Assembly: GCA_023665755.1 (NCBI GenBank) | Contig: JAMPDF010000004.1 | Coordinates: 20,456 to 84,455 of the forward strand | Direction of reading: 5' to 3' | Source: Prevotella sp. | Lineage (GTDB): Bacteria; Bacillota_I; Bacilli_A; ML615J-28; CAG-313 | DNA length: 64,000 bases | Shown: positions 1 through 12,600 of the stretch, piece after piece | How positions within the stretch are numbered: the first letter of the stretch is position 1 | Layout of the letters: each line of letters opens with the position of its first letter | Position numbers and translations under genes: made by a program | Notes under the pieces: model-generated | The model's input: the letters and a program-made list of their open reading frames with translations, nothing else | What the model was told of the DNA's origin: nothing | Databases searched by the model: none

Positions 1-650
1 AATTGGTTAATGGAAATCCAATCATTTTGATCTTCTTGACGATAACTACCATCTACCTTTAATCGATATACCATTGGAATCTCATTCTTATTTTGTTCTT
101 TAAATAAAATATCAATTGAAACTGCCTTTGGATTATTATTGGTTAACATAAATGTATATATTGCACGCTTTCCTGGATAAATTACTCTATCAAATGAATT
201 TTTACCAAATATATTCCATTGTGTAGTTACAATTCCTCCATCCGTTTCACTGATAATCAGGTCTGTTGGTCGTGAATTATTCTGTGTTTTTTGCAATACA
301 ATAAACATAATCAACAAAGTCAATAAAGCAAGTAACGCACATCGAATAACAAATAATAAGGCTTTTGTTGCATGATATAATGAACCAAAATATTGATGAT
401 CAATCGTAAATAGATTATAATATTGATCACTGCTACCTAATACTTGATTACTTCTTTGATCTATAATCGTATACCGAACAGCTTTATGTTCTAATTTCAA
501 GTTCGGAATGGGTTGGATGAGACGGATAAATTCATCATCATCTATTAGAATTGATTGATTTTTTATTCTTCCAATTGTCTTTCCTTTCGCATTTTTAATA
601 ATATGAAAATACACATAATAACTTAATATTTTTCTTTCTTTTTTTTTCAT
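1..650 (-). CDS. Hypothetical membrane protein (partial, N-terminal part; continues past window start)
   Basis: Open frame from the ATG at 650..648 (revcomp) to position 1 with no stop. Starts MKKKERKILSYYVYFH and has one TM segment (ALLFVIRCALLALLTLLIMFIVL). Lies directly downstream of the sipW and tasA-like genes on the same strand. Not in the ORF track because it is truncated at the window edge. Confidence 0.45.
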   Translation of the reverse strand, partial: MKKKERKILSYYVYFHIIKNAKGKTIGRIKNQSILIDDDEFIRLIQPIPNLKLEHKAVRYTIIDQRSNQVLGSSDQYYNLFTIDHQYFGSLYHATKALLFVIRCALLALLTLLIMFIVLQKTQNNSRPTDLIISETDGGIVTTQWNIFGKNSFDRVIYPGKRAIYTFMLTNNNPKAVSIDILFKEQNKNEIPMVYRLKVDGSYRQEDQNDWISINQ

Positions 651-850
651 ATGATACTCCTTGAAATATTCATTTTGAATTTCTACCAAAATAGACACAC
701 TTGAATCCACTTTGGTAGAAATGTGATATAATCATCACCTACATCTTTCATTTGAACTAAAAATCATCTGTATAGATATAGAGAAGCCACAATTACTCTA
801 TACCTATACATGATTTGTGGCTCTTGTTAAAAGTTTTTATAAAATACAAA

Positions 851-1420
851 TTAATCTACTTGTACGAATTCTACTATTAATTTAACTGAAACTTGTGGTG
901 CAGTTGTTGCCGTACCTAAAGTAGTATCTGTGCTATCATTACCACTAAAAGCCCATGCCCAATTCAATTCCCATGTAGTTCCGGTAGTATCATTCATATC
1001 TAGCGTTATTTCAGCTTGATATGAATTTCCGTCTGCAAAAAGTGTTTCTTCACCTAAAGTAAATGTAAGTGGAATATTACTAGTATTTGTCAATTCAAGT
1101 TTTACAATTGCTTTTGCATTTACTTCACCTGTATTTTTGAAAGTAAAACTTGCATTACCTTTTGTTCCTGGTGCAATTAAACCTGCCTTTACATCTGTTT
1201 CTTCTTTACCATTCGTGTCTAATATAGTAGCAAATAGATTAAAATCTATAGTATTTGTAGACAAATCTACACCATCAAATGACCATTTCGCTACTGTAGC
1301 TGTACTTGTTCCTGATACTGAACTTGTATATTTTGCCCATGTACTTGAAACTAGAGATAATGAGATGAATGCAACAAAAGTAACAATCAATCCCAATGCA
1401 AAAATTTTATTTTTTTTCAT
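851..1420 (-). CDS. TasA/camelysin-like secreted protein with SipW-cognate type signal peptide
   Basis: True start is MKKNKIFALGLIVTFVAFISLSLVSSTWAKYTSS, with the ATG at 1420..1418 and an AGGAGA RBS. The signal peptide ends in AKYTSS like TasA/CalY-family substrates of SipW. The mature region is Thr/Asn-rich with a TasA-like pattern (T.D..L, PG, F.N.G) and sits immediately downstream of sipW. Confidence 0.55.
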   Translation of the reverse strand: MKKNKIFALGLIVTFVAFISLSLVSSTWAKYTSSVSGTSTATVAKWSFDGVDLSTNTIDFNLFATILDTNGKEETDVKAGLIAPGTKGNASFTFKNTGEVNAKAIVKLELTNTSNIPLTFTLGEETLFADGNSYQAEITLDMNDTTGTTWELNWAWAFSGNDSTDTTLGTATTAPQVSVKLIVEFVQVD

Positions 1421-1498
1421 AATTTCTCCTTTTATAATATCTTCCTTCATATATATCCTCTTGTGTGGCCAAGTTGATATCAAATTATATTCCACTAA

Positions 1499-2200
1499 TT
1501 ATAGTGGAGATTCATCCTTAGTTTCTTGGTTTTCTGAGGATGCTACTTGTGCTTGCTTTAGCAAAGACAACTCTGCTTCAAGCTCTGCCGTTTTCTTTTC
1601 ATTTTTTTTCTTTTCTTTGTTGTTAGTAATCCAGTCTACACCAAGCATTACAAATAGTGGTACACCTAATAGGGTAAGTATGCCCACTGGTGTTTGTAAA
1701 AACATAGCTATACTGCCTATTCCCGCAATTCTGCTTTTGTAAATACCTATGATTTGACTATATTTGATAGTGGAAACTACAGGTGAATTATAATCACCTT
1801 GGGTTTCTAATGCTTTTTCTCCATCATACATTAAGGGATTTCCTTCTTGATCATACATAGTAATAATCCTATGTGTAACAATCAATCCATTATCTTCTTT
1901 GTAAGTAATAATATCACCTACATTTAAATCTTCAGGATTTACCTTTTGTATAAAGATTAAGTCTCCTTCATTAAAGGCACCAGTACCTGTTTTGGGATTA
2001 ATTGTCATAGAGGGGGATAGTACAATCAAAGGGGCAGTATCAAATACCATGGGTATTTGATTGGGATGAATTGCACTTTTTACCACAATAACCATATTTA
2101 CAATAATAATAGGTAGAAAAATGATGATTAAAACTATTCCAATTATGTTAAATATATGAATTCTTCTAGAATTTGTTTTTTGATATAATCGATGAGCCAT
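1499..2200 (-). CDS. sipW: Signal peptidase I, SipW (ER/archaeal) type, with a C-terminal TM plus charged coiled-coil tail
   Basis: SPSM catalytic-Ser motif (IVLSPSMTINP) and a conserved His (LIVTHRI). Likely ATG at 2200..2198 with RBS AAAGGAG; the ORF track begins at an upstream in-frame TTG. Genomic pairing with a TasA-like gene. Confidence 0.75.
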   Translation of the reverse strand: MAHRLYQKTNSRRIHIFNIIGIVLIIIFLPIIIVNMVIVVKSAIHPNQIPMVFDTAPLIVLSPSMTINPKTGTGAFNEGDLIFIQKVNPEDLNVGDIITYKEDNGLIVTHRIITMYDQEGNPLMYDGEKALETQGDYNSPVVSTIKYSQIIGIYKSRIAGIGSIAMFLQTPVGILTLLGVPLFVMLGVDWITNNKEKKKNEKKTAELEAELSLLKQAQVASSENQETKDESPL

Positions 2201-2232
2201 ATTCAAACTCCTTTCTCATTGATTTTATATCA

Positions 2233-2382
2233 TCCATCTATTATTATAATAGGCGCATATAATAATGGTATATTGTAAGAAAGTGGATGAATCATATTAT
2301 TGTTGTCACAAAAAAATATCTTTTATGCCTATAAAATTGTTTTATTAGCCGAAAAAAAAGCCATCTATTATAATAATAGATG
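2233..2382. repeat. Pair of 18-bp perfect inverted repeats (2233-2250 catctattattataatag, 2365-2382 ctattataataatagatg) flanking a 114-bp segment; candidate recombinase-controlled invertible element
   Basis: Read directly from the sequence. Each copy is also internally palindromic (ctattat N ataatag). The pair lies between the sipW start (RBS at 2209-2215) and the tyrosine recombinase gene. The enclosed segment contains TTGTCA ... TATAAAAT promoter-like hexamers pointing rightward in the current orientation. Confidence 0.4.
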
Positions 2383-2477
2383 ACTTTTTTATTAGAATTG
2401 TTTTATTATTTTAAAGATGGGTCAAATAAACCTTGGGGGATGAACAAAATATAATTTTTTACTTTGGAGGTATTTTA

Positions 2478-3416
2478 ATGATATTAAAAGATTGGTTATT
2501 CATTTGGTTAAACAAATATATGAAATATGCTATCAAATTAAAGACATTTATTTGTTATCAAAATATTTGTAATAATCATATTATTCCTATATTAGGAAAT
2601 AAGCAGATGAATGAGTTAACAGTTGATATAATTCAAGAGTTTTTATATCACAAATTAGAAAAGGGGAACTTAAAGACAGGTAATTCACTTTCTATCAATT
2701 CATTACTTGCTATTGTATCTGTTTTGAAACAAGCCTTAAAACAGGCTACTATATTGAAAATTGTTGAACTAGATTGTACCATTGGATTAAAAATTCCTAG
2801 TAGTTATGAAAAGCAAGTAGAAGCATTTGATCGTCACGAACAATCCATAATTGAACATTTTTGTTTGCATCATCCGCATAAAAATTATATTGGTATTCTC
2901 ATTTGCTTATATACAGGTATTCGCCTAGGTGAATTGCTCGCTTTAACCTGGACAGACATTGATTTTGAAAGAGGTTGGTTAACCATCAATAAAACAGTAT
3001 CTTTTATTTGCCAAAATGGGAAATATACAAAATATATAGATTCACCTAAAACAAAACAGTCTAATCGAACAATTCCTCTTTCTAAAGAACTCCTTCTATT
3101 ATTAAAAGAACAAAAAAAAGCCCATTGTTCTATATATGTTTTGTCTACTAAACAGGGTAATATTGTATCTAGTCGCTCTTACCAAAGAACTTTTCAAAAT
3201 CTTTTAGAACGTTGTCAAATTCCCTATAAAAACTTTCATGCTTTAAGACATACTTTTGCTACTCGTGCTTTAGAACTAGGTATGGATGTTAAAACACTTT
3301 CAGAAATTTTAGGACACAAAGATGCAACAATCACACTGAATCGATATTCACATTCTTTAATGGATTATAAAACATCCTTATTAAATAAATTAGGTGAAAA
3401 TTTGGGAAAAATTTAA
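2478..3416 (+). CDS. Tyrosine-type site-specific recombinase (integrase/XerCD family), stand-alone
   Basis: N-terminal SAM-like core-binding domain. Catalytic motifs are present: R in YTGIRLGELLALTW, HxxR in HALRHTFAT, and H plus Y in LGHKDATITLNRYSH. RBS GGAGG precedes ATG 2478. No arm-binding domain; about 312 aa. Confidence 0.8.
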   Translation: MILKDWLFIWLNKYMKYAIKLKTFICYQNICNNHIIPILGNKQMNELTVDIIQEFLYHKLEKGNLKTGNSLSINSLLAIVSVLKQALKQATILKIVELDCTIGLKIPSSYEKQVEAFDRHEQSIIEHFCLHHPHKNYIGILICLYTGIRLGELLALTWTDIDFERGWLTINKTVSFICQNGKYTKYIDSPKTKQSNRTIPLSKELLLLLKEQKKAHCSIYVLSTKQGNIVSSRSYQRTFQNLLERCQIPYKNFHALRHTFATRALELGMDVKTLSEILGHKDATITLNRYSHSLMDYKTSLLNKLGENLGKI

Positions 3417-3508
3417 TTGTCCTTAGTTTTTAATTATACACTTTTTTCATTCATCAGTCAAGATATATTCTTTCATTTTATCTTGATATCCTACTAATTT
3501 CTCCTTTT

Positions 3509-4444
3509 TTATGCAATATATGAGATTTGAAAAGCAGGTAACTGTTCATTACGATTTGTCGATTCATTTAATCCTAATTTTGTGACGCTAAAGTCTATAC
3601 TAAACGTATTTCCTAAATAGTCAAATACAAACATTCCTTTTTCCATTCTACCATTACAATGAGTGATATACCATTCTTTTGTCTTTTCAATCTGCTCTTC
3701 TAGTACTGTAGTTTGACTTGTAATATAATCAGGATAATAGAAAATATAATATCCCTCTTTTGCTTCTGTATCTACATACTTATCTACATTTTGATCCTTT
3801 ACATTCTTACCAATCAATTTGTCTAATTCAATATTATCAGATACGATATATTTGGTATCGTATGGCAAAGGAAGTAGTACGAGTTTATTTGCATTATTTT
3901 TCTTGACAACCATAAATGGCATATGCATATATATCATCATATTTTCCACATAACGATAGACATAATACGTTTTTCCTTCACTCACAAATGTGCGATAGGA
4001 ATAAGAAATTCTTGTACCATCTTCTAGTGTCACTATTATCATTTCTTCTTTAGAAATAGTGCCTTCATCTAAAACTAATCTATCTTTACCTACTCTAGCT
4101 TGAAGTGTATCCTTTTGTTGTTCTACTGAACTTGTTACAATAATCTGATCTTTTTGATATGCTTCTAAATGATTTTTAAAGGCATCACTTAAAGCATATT
4201 GATCATTTTGAACAAAAACAATTTTATTATCAGTTGAATAATTTGAAATTTTTACACCATCATAGTCAAAACGAACCATAGGAAGTGGTGTAGAATATAA
4301 TAAATAATCTTGATACGTCTTTGGAATCGTAATATCTATCCCATGCTCTTTCACAATATATTTATTTTGTAAATTGGAACAACTACATCCTGAAAGAGTC
4401 AATATGCTTATGAGCCCTAAAAATAATCCTATTATCCTTTTCAT
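3509..4444 (-). CDS. Hypothetical lipoprotein
   Basis: Start MKRIIGLFLGLISILTLSGCSCS (lipobox LSGC), with ATG at 4444..4442. No recognisable domain. Confidence 0.5.
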   Translation of the reverse strand: MKRIIGLFLGLISILTLSGCSCSNLQNKYIVKEHGIDITIPKTYQDYLLYSTPLPMVRFDYDGVKISNYSTDNKIVFVQNDQYALSDAFKNHLEAYQKDQIIVTSSVEQQKDTLQARVGKDRLVLDEGTISKEEMIIVTLEDGTRISYSYRTFVSEGKTYYVYRYVENMMIYMHMPFMVVKKNNANKLVLLPLPYDTKYIVSDNIELDKLIGKNVKDQNVDKYVDTEAKEGYYIFYYPDYITSQTTVLEEQIEKTKEWYITHCNGRMEKGMFVFDYLGNTFSIDFSVTKLGLNESTNRNEQLPAFQISYIA

Positions 4445-4445
4445 A

Positions 4446-5591
<1,146 letters not shown>

Positions 5592-5682
5592 CTATATAGT
5601 ATTTTTATTTATTATATCATATTTTGACCCTTTTTTCAATTGATATTACTTTTTAGGATATTCATTATTTCTCCATATAAAA

Positions 5683-5722
5683 AACATATACAAGTTAAAG
5701 AAAAAAAACTTGTATATGTTTT
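5683..5722 (-). terminator. Rho-independent terminator downstream of pgi (13-bp stem aacatatacaagt/acttgtatatgtt with flanking A/T runs, bidirectional)
   Basis: Perfect hairpin followed by a T-run on the minus strand. Confidence 0.6.
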
Positions 5723-5727
5723 ATTTT

Positions 5728-7047
5728 TTATAATCTTTCCTTTAATTTGGCAAGAAGTGCTTCATAACCAGGTTTACCTAAAAGGGCAAACATATTCTTT
5801 TTATAATCTTCTACACCTGGCTGATTAAATGGATTAACACCTAGTATATATCCACTTATACCACAAGCAAACATAAAGAAATAAAGTAAATAACCCAAAT
5901 GATAAGCATCTAATTGTTCTATGTTCAATACTAAATTAGGTACTTCTCCATCTACATGGGCAAGAATAGTTCCTTGCATTGCTTTTTTTGCCACACTATC
6001 TAAATTTCTTCCTTCTAAATAGTTAAGTCCATCTAAATCAGTTGGTTCCTTTTGAAGAACAATATCCGAAGATGGTTGATTAATATTGATAACTGTTTCA
6101 AACATCATTCGTTTACCATCTTGAATATATTGCCCCATTGAATGTAAATCAGTTGAATATACAAGGCTTGCTGGAAAAATACCTTGATGATCTTTTCCCT
6201 CAGACTCACCATACAATTGTTTCCACCATTCACTAATGAAGGATACCTTTGGTTCAAATGTAACAAGTACCTCGGTCATTTTTCCCTTTTGATACAATAG
6301 ATTTCGTATACTGGCATAAAGAAGAGCAGGGTTTTCTAAATAAGATTTTGTAACCGCATCTTGGTATGCCATTTTCGCGCCTTGCATCAATGCATCAATG
6401 TCGATTCCAGCACTTGCAATTGGGAGAAGACCAACTGCTGTAAACCAAGAATATCGCCCACCTACATCATCTGGAACAACAAACGTCGTATAGCCTTCCT
6501 CAATAGCTAAATTTCTGAGTGCTCCCTTTTCTTTATCGGTTGTTGCATAGATTCGCTCAGCTGCACGACCTTGATATTTTTTGTTTAATAGGGCTTTATA
6601 TAATCTAAAAGCTATAGCTGGTTCTGTAGTAGTTCCCGATTTTGAAATTACATTAATTGAAAAATCTTTATTTTCTAAATAATCTAATAATTCTTTATGA
6701 TATGCCGCAGAAAGAGAGTTTCCAGCAAAAATGATTTCTAATTCTTTTTCTTTTGGAAAATAGGGTTGTAATGCTTCAATTACTGCTTTTGCTCCTAAAT
6801 AAGACCCACCAATGCCAATGACTACTAGTACTTCACTATCTTGCCTAATTTTTTTTGCGGCTTGTTTGATTTTTTCAAACTCTACTTGATCATATTGATT
6901 TGGATATTCAATCCACCCTAAAAAATCATTTCCTTTTCCTGTTTTTTCGAGAAGTGTTTTTTTAGCTTCCAATACAACTGATGCGTTCTCTTTTATTTCT
7001 TCTTCGGTCACAAAACCCAATACATTTTTATAATTGATATTTAACAT
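5728..7047 (-). CDS. pgi: Glucose-6-phosphate isomerase
   Basis: Firmicute-type PGI of about 440 aa with [19 protein letters not shown] and [12 protein letters not shown] motifs. Confidence 0.9.
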   Translation of the reverse strand: MLNINYKNVLGFVTEEEIKENASVVLEAKKTLLEKTGKGNDFLGWIEYPNQYDQVEFEKIKQAAKKIRQDSEVLVVIGIGGSYLGAKAVIEALQPYFPKEKELEIIFAGNSLSAAYHKELLDYLENKDFSINVISKSGTTTEPAIAFRLYKALLNKKYQGRAAERIYATTDKEKGALRNLAIEEGYTTFVVPDDVGGRYSWFTAVGLLPIASAGIDIDALMQGAKMAYQDAVTKSYLENPALLYASIRNLLYQKGKMTEVLVTFEPKVSFISEWWKQLYGESEGKDHQGIFPASLVYSTDLHSMGQYIQDGKRMMFETVININQPSSDIVLQKEPTDLDGLNYLEGRNLDSVAKKAMQGTILAHVDGEVPNLVLNIEQLDAYHLGYLLYFFMFACGISGYILGVNPFNQPGVEDYKKNMFALLGKPGYEALLAKLKERL

Positions 7048-7049
7048 AT

Positions 7050-8762
7050 TTATACCTCCTCAATTGAATCAATCATTTGTAAAATTTCTTGCTTTAATGT
7101 AGTTACTAAAGTTTCTGCTTCTTGTTTCGTATCTGCTTTAATAGCTATATATATTTTTAATTTTGGTTCAGTTCCAGACGGTCTAAGTACAAACCATCCA
7201 CCATCATCAAAAATATATTTTACAACAAATGATTGAGGAAGTGTTAATGAAGAAGTCACACCCTCACTGATACGAATGGATTGTTCATAATCTTCAAACA
7301 CTTGTATATGTTTACCCGCTATATTTTGTAAATTTGCATTTTGAAAATATCGCATAATTTTTTCAATTTTTGCACTACCTTCAATTCCCACTAAAGATAT
7401 ATTATGCACACCCTCTACATAATAGCCAAATTCTTCAAATAAATCATCTAGCACTTGTATTAATGTTTTGCCTTGTGATTTATAATAGGAGGCTACTTCT
7501 GCAAGTAATAATGTTGCTTGAAATGAGTCTTTATCTCGTACAAAATCCTGGATTACATATCCATAAGACTCTTCATATCCAAAGAAGAATGCTTCATTAG
7601 TTCCTTCTAATTTAGCTGCCTGTTCACCAATATATTTAAATCCTGTTAGAGTTTGAACCAATTTCAGTTGATATTTATCACAAATCGCTTTTGCTAAATT
7701 AGATGTAACAATAGTATTGAAAACAACGCCTTGTTTATCTAATTTTTTGAATTTTCCTAGATAATCCAGTAAAATGGCTCCTGTTTGATTTCCTGTTAAT
7801 AATACATACTCACCTTCAGCATTTTTTGCAGCAATTCCCATTCGATCCGCATCAGGATCAGTTGCAATTAAAATATCCGCATTCTTTTCTTTTCCTAGTT
7901 GAATGGCATATTCAAATGCACTTGCTTCTTCTGGATTAGGTGATTTCAGTGTACTAAAATTACCATCTGGCACCATTTGTTCTGTTACTGGATATACAGT
8001 ATAGCCACTTGATTCTAATAGATTTACCATATGAGTGGCACCAGTTCCATGTAGAGGTGTATACACAATACGAATATTATTTTTTTCTACAGGTTGAACA
8101 GAAACTGTTTTTACAGCTTGTAAATAACTCTGATCCACTACTTGGTCAATTAATTCAATCATTCCCTCTGAGACAAGTTGTTCAAAAGGTTTTGTTGCAA
8201 TATGGAACATATCTTCTATTTGATTGATTTCTTCAATCACTTGATCAGCAAGTTCTGGAATCAACTGACATCCTTCATAATCATAAATTTTATATCCATT
8301 ATACATAGGAGGATTATGACTCGCAGTAATCATAATTCCACCTGCGCATTTCAAATGTCGAACAGTATAACTTAACTGAGGAGTAGAACGAATCGATGTA
8401 TATAGGTATGCTTTTACACCCTGACTTGCAATGACTTCTGCCGCATGCTTGGCAAATAAATAGGAATTTTTTCTACAATCATATGAAATAGCTACACCTT
8501 GGGTTTGAATATGAGGGTACTTTTTCATCATATAATTTAAAAATCCCAGTGTTGATTTTCGAACTACATATATATTCATTCGATTTGTACCCACACCTAA
8601 AATTCCTCTTAGCCCCCCTGTACCAAAAGCGATATCTTGATAGAAAGCATCCATCAATGCTGTTTCATCTTGCATCAATGTTTCTAGTTCAACTTTTAAA
8701 TCCTTGTCTAACTCCTTAAAATTAGCCCACATACTTACTTTTTGAAATGTTTTTTGATCCAT
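7050..8762 (-). CDS. pgcA: Phosphoglucomutase/phosphomannomutase (alpha-D-phosphohexomutase)
   Basis: Active-site [15 protein letters not shown], Mg site DPDADR, 570 aa PgcA-like. Confidence 0.85.
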   Translation of the reverse strand: MDQKTFQKVSMWANFKELDKDLKVELETLMQDETALMDAFYQDIAFGTGGLRGILGVGTNRMNIYVVRKSTLGFLNYMMKKYPHIQTQGVAISYDCRKNSYLFAKHAAEVIASQGVKAYLYTSIRSTPQLSYTVRHLKCAGGIMITASHNPPMYNGYKIYDYEGCQLIPELADQVIEEINQIEDMFHIATKPFEQLVSEGMIELIDQVVDQSYLQAVKTVSVQPVEKNNIRIVYTPLHGTGATHMVNLLESSGYTVYPVTEQMVPDGNFSTLKSPNPEEASAFEYAIQLGKEKNADILIATDPDADRMGIAAKNAEGEYVLLTGNQTGAILLDYLGKFKKLDKQGVVFNTIVTSNLAKAICDKYQLKLVQTLTGFKYIGEQAAKLEGTNEAFFFGYEESYGYVIQDFVRDKDSFQATLLLAEVASYYKSQGKTLIQVLDDLFEEFGYYVEGVHNISLVGIEGSAKIEKIMRYFQNANLQNIAGKHIQVFEDYEQSIRISEGVTSSLTLPQSFVVKYIFDDGGWFVLRPSGTEPKLKIYIAIKADTKQEAETLVTTLKQEILQMIDSIEEV

Positions 8763-9637
8763 TATTTATTCTTCTCCTTGTATTCTATAAAGTTAAAATA
8801 AGCGCCCATCATACCACCATCGTTTCTAAATTTAGCAGTATGTACTTTGGCAGTATATCGAAATCCTGATAATAAATGAGAATTCATAAATTTTTCTACA
8901 TCACTTGAAAAAGTTTCTCTTTTGGAAATTCCTCCACCAATAATGATGGCCTCAGGATTAAATGCATACACCAAATTGGCCATACCAATCCCTAATAAAT
9001 CATAAAATCGACTGACTACTGCCATTGCAATTGGATCATGATTATCATACAACTGGAATAATTCTATACCATTATTGACATCTAATCCAGCTCTCTTGGC
9101 CTCTTTGATTAAAGCAGAGGTGGATGCCACACTTTCCCATTTGGCATTCCCAATCAATATTCTTCCTACTTCTCCTGCGTTATAGTTTTTTCCACGCCAA
9201 ATCTCATCGTTCATGACAATAGCACCACCAATTCCAGTCCCCACTGTAATGACAATAAAATGATCATAATCTTTGCCTGCTCCACTTACACACTCTGCTT
9301 TTGCAAAACTATTGACATCATTATCTGCTATACAGTCTAATCCCACTCCTTCTTTAAAAATGGTTCGAAAATCCCAATCAGAAAATTCAGGAAGTGCATC
9401 TGGAGCAGTATGAATATACGCATGTTCAAAATCTACACTACCTGCACAAGAAATACCAATACCTTCTATTTGATATTTTTCTTTCATTTGTTTAGCTATA
9501 TCTATTAGTTTATTGGTTAAATAGGTCTTGCCTAAATAAGCATCTGTATCAAATAAACCTTTTTCTAAAAATTGTTCTTGTTCAATGACACCATATTTAA
9601 TATTGGTGCCACCAATGTCAAAGCAAAGTACTCTCAT
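8762..9637 (-). CDS. ROK-family sugar kinase (glucokinase-like)
   Basis: N-terminal FDIGGTNIKYGVI ATP-binding motif, ROK-like GIGISCAGSVD, about 290 aa. Confidence 0.75.
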   Translation of the reverse strand: MRVLCFDIGGTNIKYGVIEQEQFLEKGLFDTDAYLGKTYLTNKLIDIAKQMKEKYQIEGIGISCAGSVDFEHAYIHTAPDALPEFSDWDFRTIFKEGVGLDCIADNDVNSFAKAECVSGAGKDYDHFIVITVGTGIGGAIVMNDEIWRGKNYNAGEVGRILIGNAKWESVASTSALIKEAKRAGLDVNNGIELFQLYDNHDPIAMAVVSRFYDLLGIGMANLVYAFNPEAIIIGGGISKRETFSSDVEKFMNSHLLSGFRYTAKVHTAKFRNDGGMMGAYFNFIEYKEKNK

Positions 9638-9648
9638 GCTATTTCTCC

Positions 9649-12600
9649 TTATATTTTTTTGATATGATTGACAATCACCTGAAGGGTTACTCGTCTTTGT
9701 GGTGCTCCACTAACCATTATAATATTTCCTGTTATTAGTGGACGCGCTTCTTGATAAGTTCTAGGAAAGAAAACAAGTTCGATACTAGATTCATCATCCA
9801 TTAATTCAATAAATGCCATTATTTCATTTTGTTTGGTTTTAATTTCTTTTATTTTTTTGATAATTCCTATGGTATGAACTGGTTGATTTTCTTTAATATC
9901 TATAATTTTTTGTAAATGATATTGTGTATAAAACGAAGAAAATTGACGAAAAAAATTATAAACTAAATTAATTCCTAATACTTCTAATTCCTTAGTCTGT
10001 AATAGTCCATATGCAAATTCTTCATTCGTATAATTTCCCTCTAACATATCTTTAATAAAGTGATATTCCGATTTATCAATGATGGCTTGGTATCCTTCAA
10101 TCATTGCTTTTTTTGTTAAACCAAAACAGTCTAATGCACCACTGTAAATAATATTTTCTATGATAGAACTTGCAAAAATATGCTTCGTTCGTATTAAAAA
10201 GTTTTCGAATGAGGTAAATAAACCTTTTTTTCTTTCTTCTAAACACTGCTTTGTTTTCATTTCTCCTAATCCTCTAATAATAGTAAGAGGAAAATAAATA
10301 GCACCATCAATTACCGAAAATTCATCTTGACTTGCATTAATATGTGGTGGTTGAATATTGACTTTTTTTCGAATGGCTTCTTTGGTATATTCTAATACTT
10401 CTGTCGTACTTGCCATAAAAGAAGTCAATAAAGTAGACATATAATAAGCGAAATAATGACACTTTAAATAGGCTGTGAGATAAGCGACCTTAGCATAGGC
10501 AACACTATGCGCTTTATTGAATCCATAATCTGCAAATTTGACAATATAGTCATAAATCATATTCGCATCTTCTTTGGTATATCCGTGTTGAATAGAAGAT
10601 TGGACAAAATTCAATCGTTCTTCTTCAAGTACTTCTTTTTTCTTTTTAGATACAGCACGACGTAATATATCTGCTCTACCCAAACTATATCCTGCAAATT
10701 GGCAAGCAATAAGCATGATTTGATCTTGATAAACAATCATTCCATAAGTTTCATCCAAAATACTTTTTAAATCCGGATGAGGATAACTGACCTGTTCTTG
10801 ACCAAATTTACGCTTGATAAAGGTCGGTATAATCTCCATTGGTCCAGGTCGATAAAGAGCAAGTGCTTGGGTAATATCATCAAAATGAGAAGTATGTAAT
10901 TGCATAATTAGTTTGCGCATTCCCGCTGATTCTAATTGGAATACACCCGTTAAATCACCAGACGCCATCATTTGATAAGTTGCTTTATCATTTTCATCTT
11001 TTGGCAGTGTAAAATGAGGCATATCCTTTTGGATTAATGCTACGGTTTTAGCAATATTGGTTAAATTTTTCAAGCCCAAAAAGTCCATTTTTAGAAGTCC
11101 AAGTGCTTCTAAATCCTCTGCTTCATATTGTGTTTGATAAATCCCATCTAATCCCTCATCAAGAGGTGTATAATTCACTAAATCAAAACGGGTAATAACA
11201 ATTCCCGCCGCATGCGTAGAAATATTGCGAGGAATATCTTGAATCTTAGAAGCAATACTGAGTACTTTGTTAATATCTTCATGATCGGCCATCAACATCA
11301 TTAATTCATCGTTATTTTCAATCACTTCTTTCAAAGATACATTCTCATAAGGTTTGATTTTAACCTGATTACCTATTATTTTATAAATTTGTTTTAACTT
11401 TGTATCACTTAACTGATAAACTCTAGCACAATCATTAATGGCCAATTTCATTCGAAATGTACCAAACGTTAAAATATGAGCCACCTTTTCTTTACCATAT
11501 TTTTCTCCCACATAACGTATGACTTCATCTCTCCTATCATCCGGGAAATCAATATCAATATCTGGCATAGAAATACGTTCTTGATTCAAGAAACGTTCAA
11601 ATAGCAATCGATGATAAATAGGATCAATATCTGTAATTCCTAGGATATAAGCAACAAGTGATGCTGGAGCAGAACCCCTACCAGGACCTACATAAATTTG
11701 ATTCTTTTTGGCAAACTTGACATAATCATATACTATCAAAAAATAATCACAAAATCCCATTTTTTGAATGACATTTAACTCATAAAACAATCGTTCATAG
11801 TATGCATTTAAATCATATGGATATTGAAATTGAGAAATTCTTTTATCTAATCCTTTTTGGCATAATTCTTTTAAATATTGAAAACTATCTAATCCTTCTT
11901 GATAAAGTGGTAGTTGATATTTTCCAAAGACAATATCAACTTGGCACATATGTGCCAAACGATTGGTTTGTTCTAATAAATGAGGATAATCTGCATATAT
12001 TTTGGATAATTCCAATTGTGTATACATATAATGCATTTTTTCAACAGGTGGAAGTTGCATCAACCGACCATTATTCTTAATTGATTTTAAAGTCATGTAT
12101 GCGCCATAATCATCTTGCTCTATAAAACTTACTTTGGGTAAAGCAACCATTGCATAATGTTTACTATTCAATAGGTCATAAATGGGTTGCATATGTGCAT
12201 TTTGAATGGTTTCTGGTCCAAAACCAACAAAACACATGTCATATGTTGCACATAACAATTGCATAGTGGAAAGAGCGTCTTGAATTGCATTTCTATCTAA
12301 ATATCGTTTAAGAATTGATTCTTCAAAGGGAACGATAGCCAAAATACCCATTGTGGCTTTTTGCAAATATTCAAAATCAATAACGCCTCCTGCTAGTTTA
12401 CAACGGCTTGATATCTTCATTAAATTTTTATAACCAAAATCATTGATAGCATAAAGCAACAAACTACTTTCTCTATCGTTATAAGTATAATTTACTTTTA
12501 AACCGATCATGGGATGGATACCTTCTTTTTTACAGGCTTTATAAAAACGAATGGTCCCATACATTGTACCTTCATCTGTAATTGCACAAGAGGTAATTTG

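Noticed and set aside
1137-1742. 201-aa plus-strand ORF in the track
   Set aside because: It lies entirely antisense to the well-supported tasA-like and sipW genes. It has no RBS and a low-complexity sequence, so it is a spurious frame.
2357-2395. Right-hand palindrome plus T6 as a simple intrinsic terminator
   Set aside because: Kept as an alternative but not preferred. The stem is almost pure A/T (weak). No plus-strand gene ends upstream of it. An exact inverted copy lacking a T-run sits 114 bp away next to a recombinase gene.
2433-3416. Integrase as marker of a prophage or integrative element
   Set aside because: No phage, ICE, transposase or tRNA genes occur nearby. Both flanks are core genes (sipW operon, tgt, pgi). 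It is more likely a regulatory recombinase or a Xer-type enzyme.
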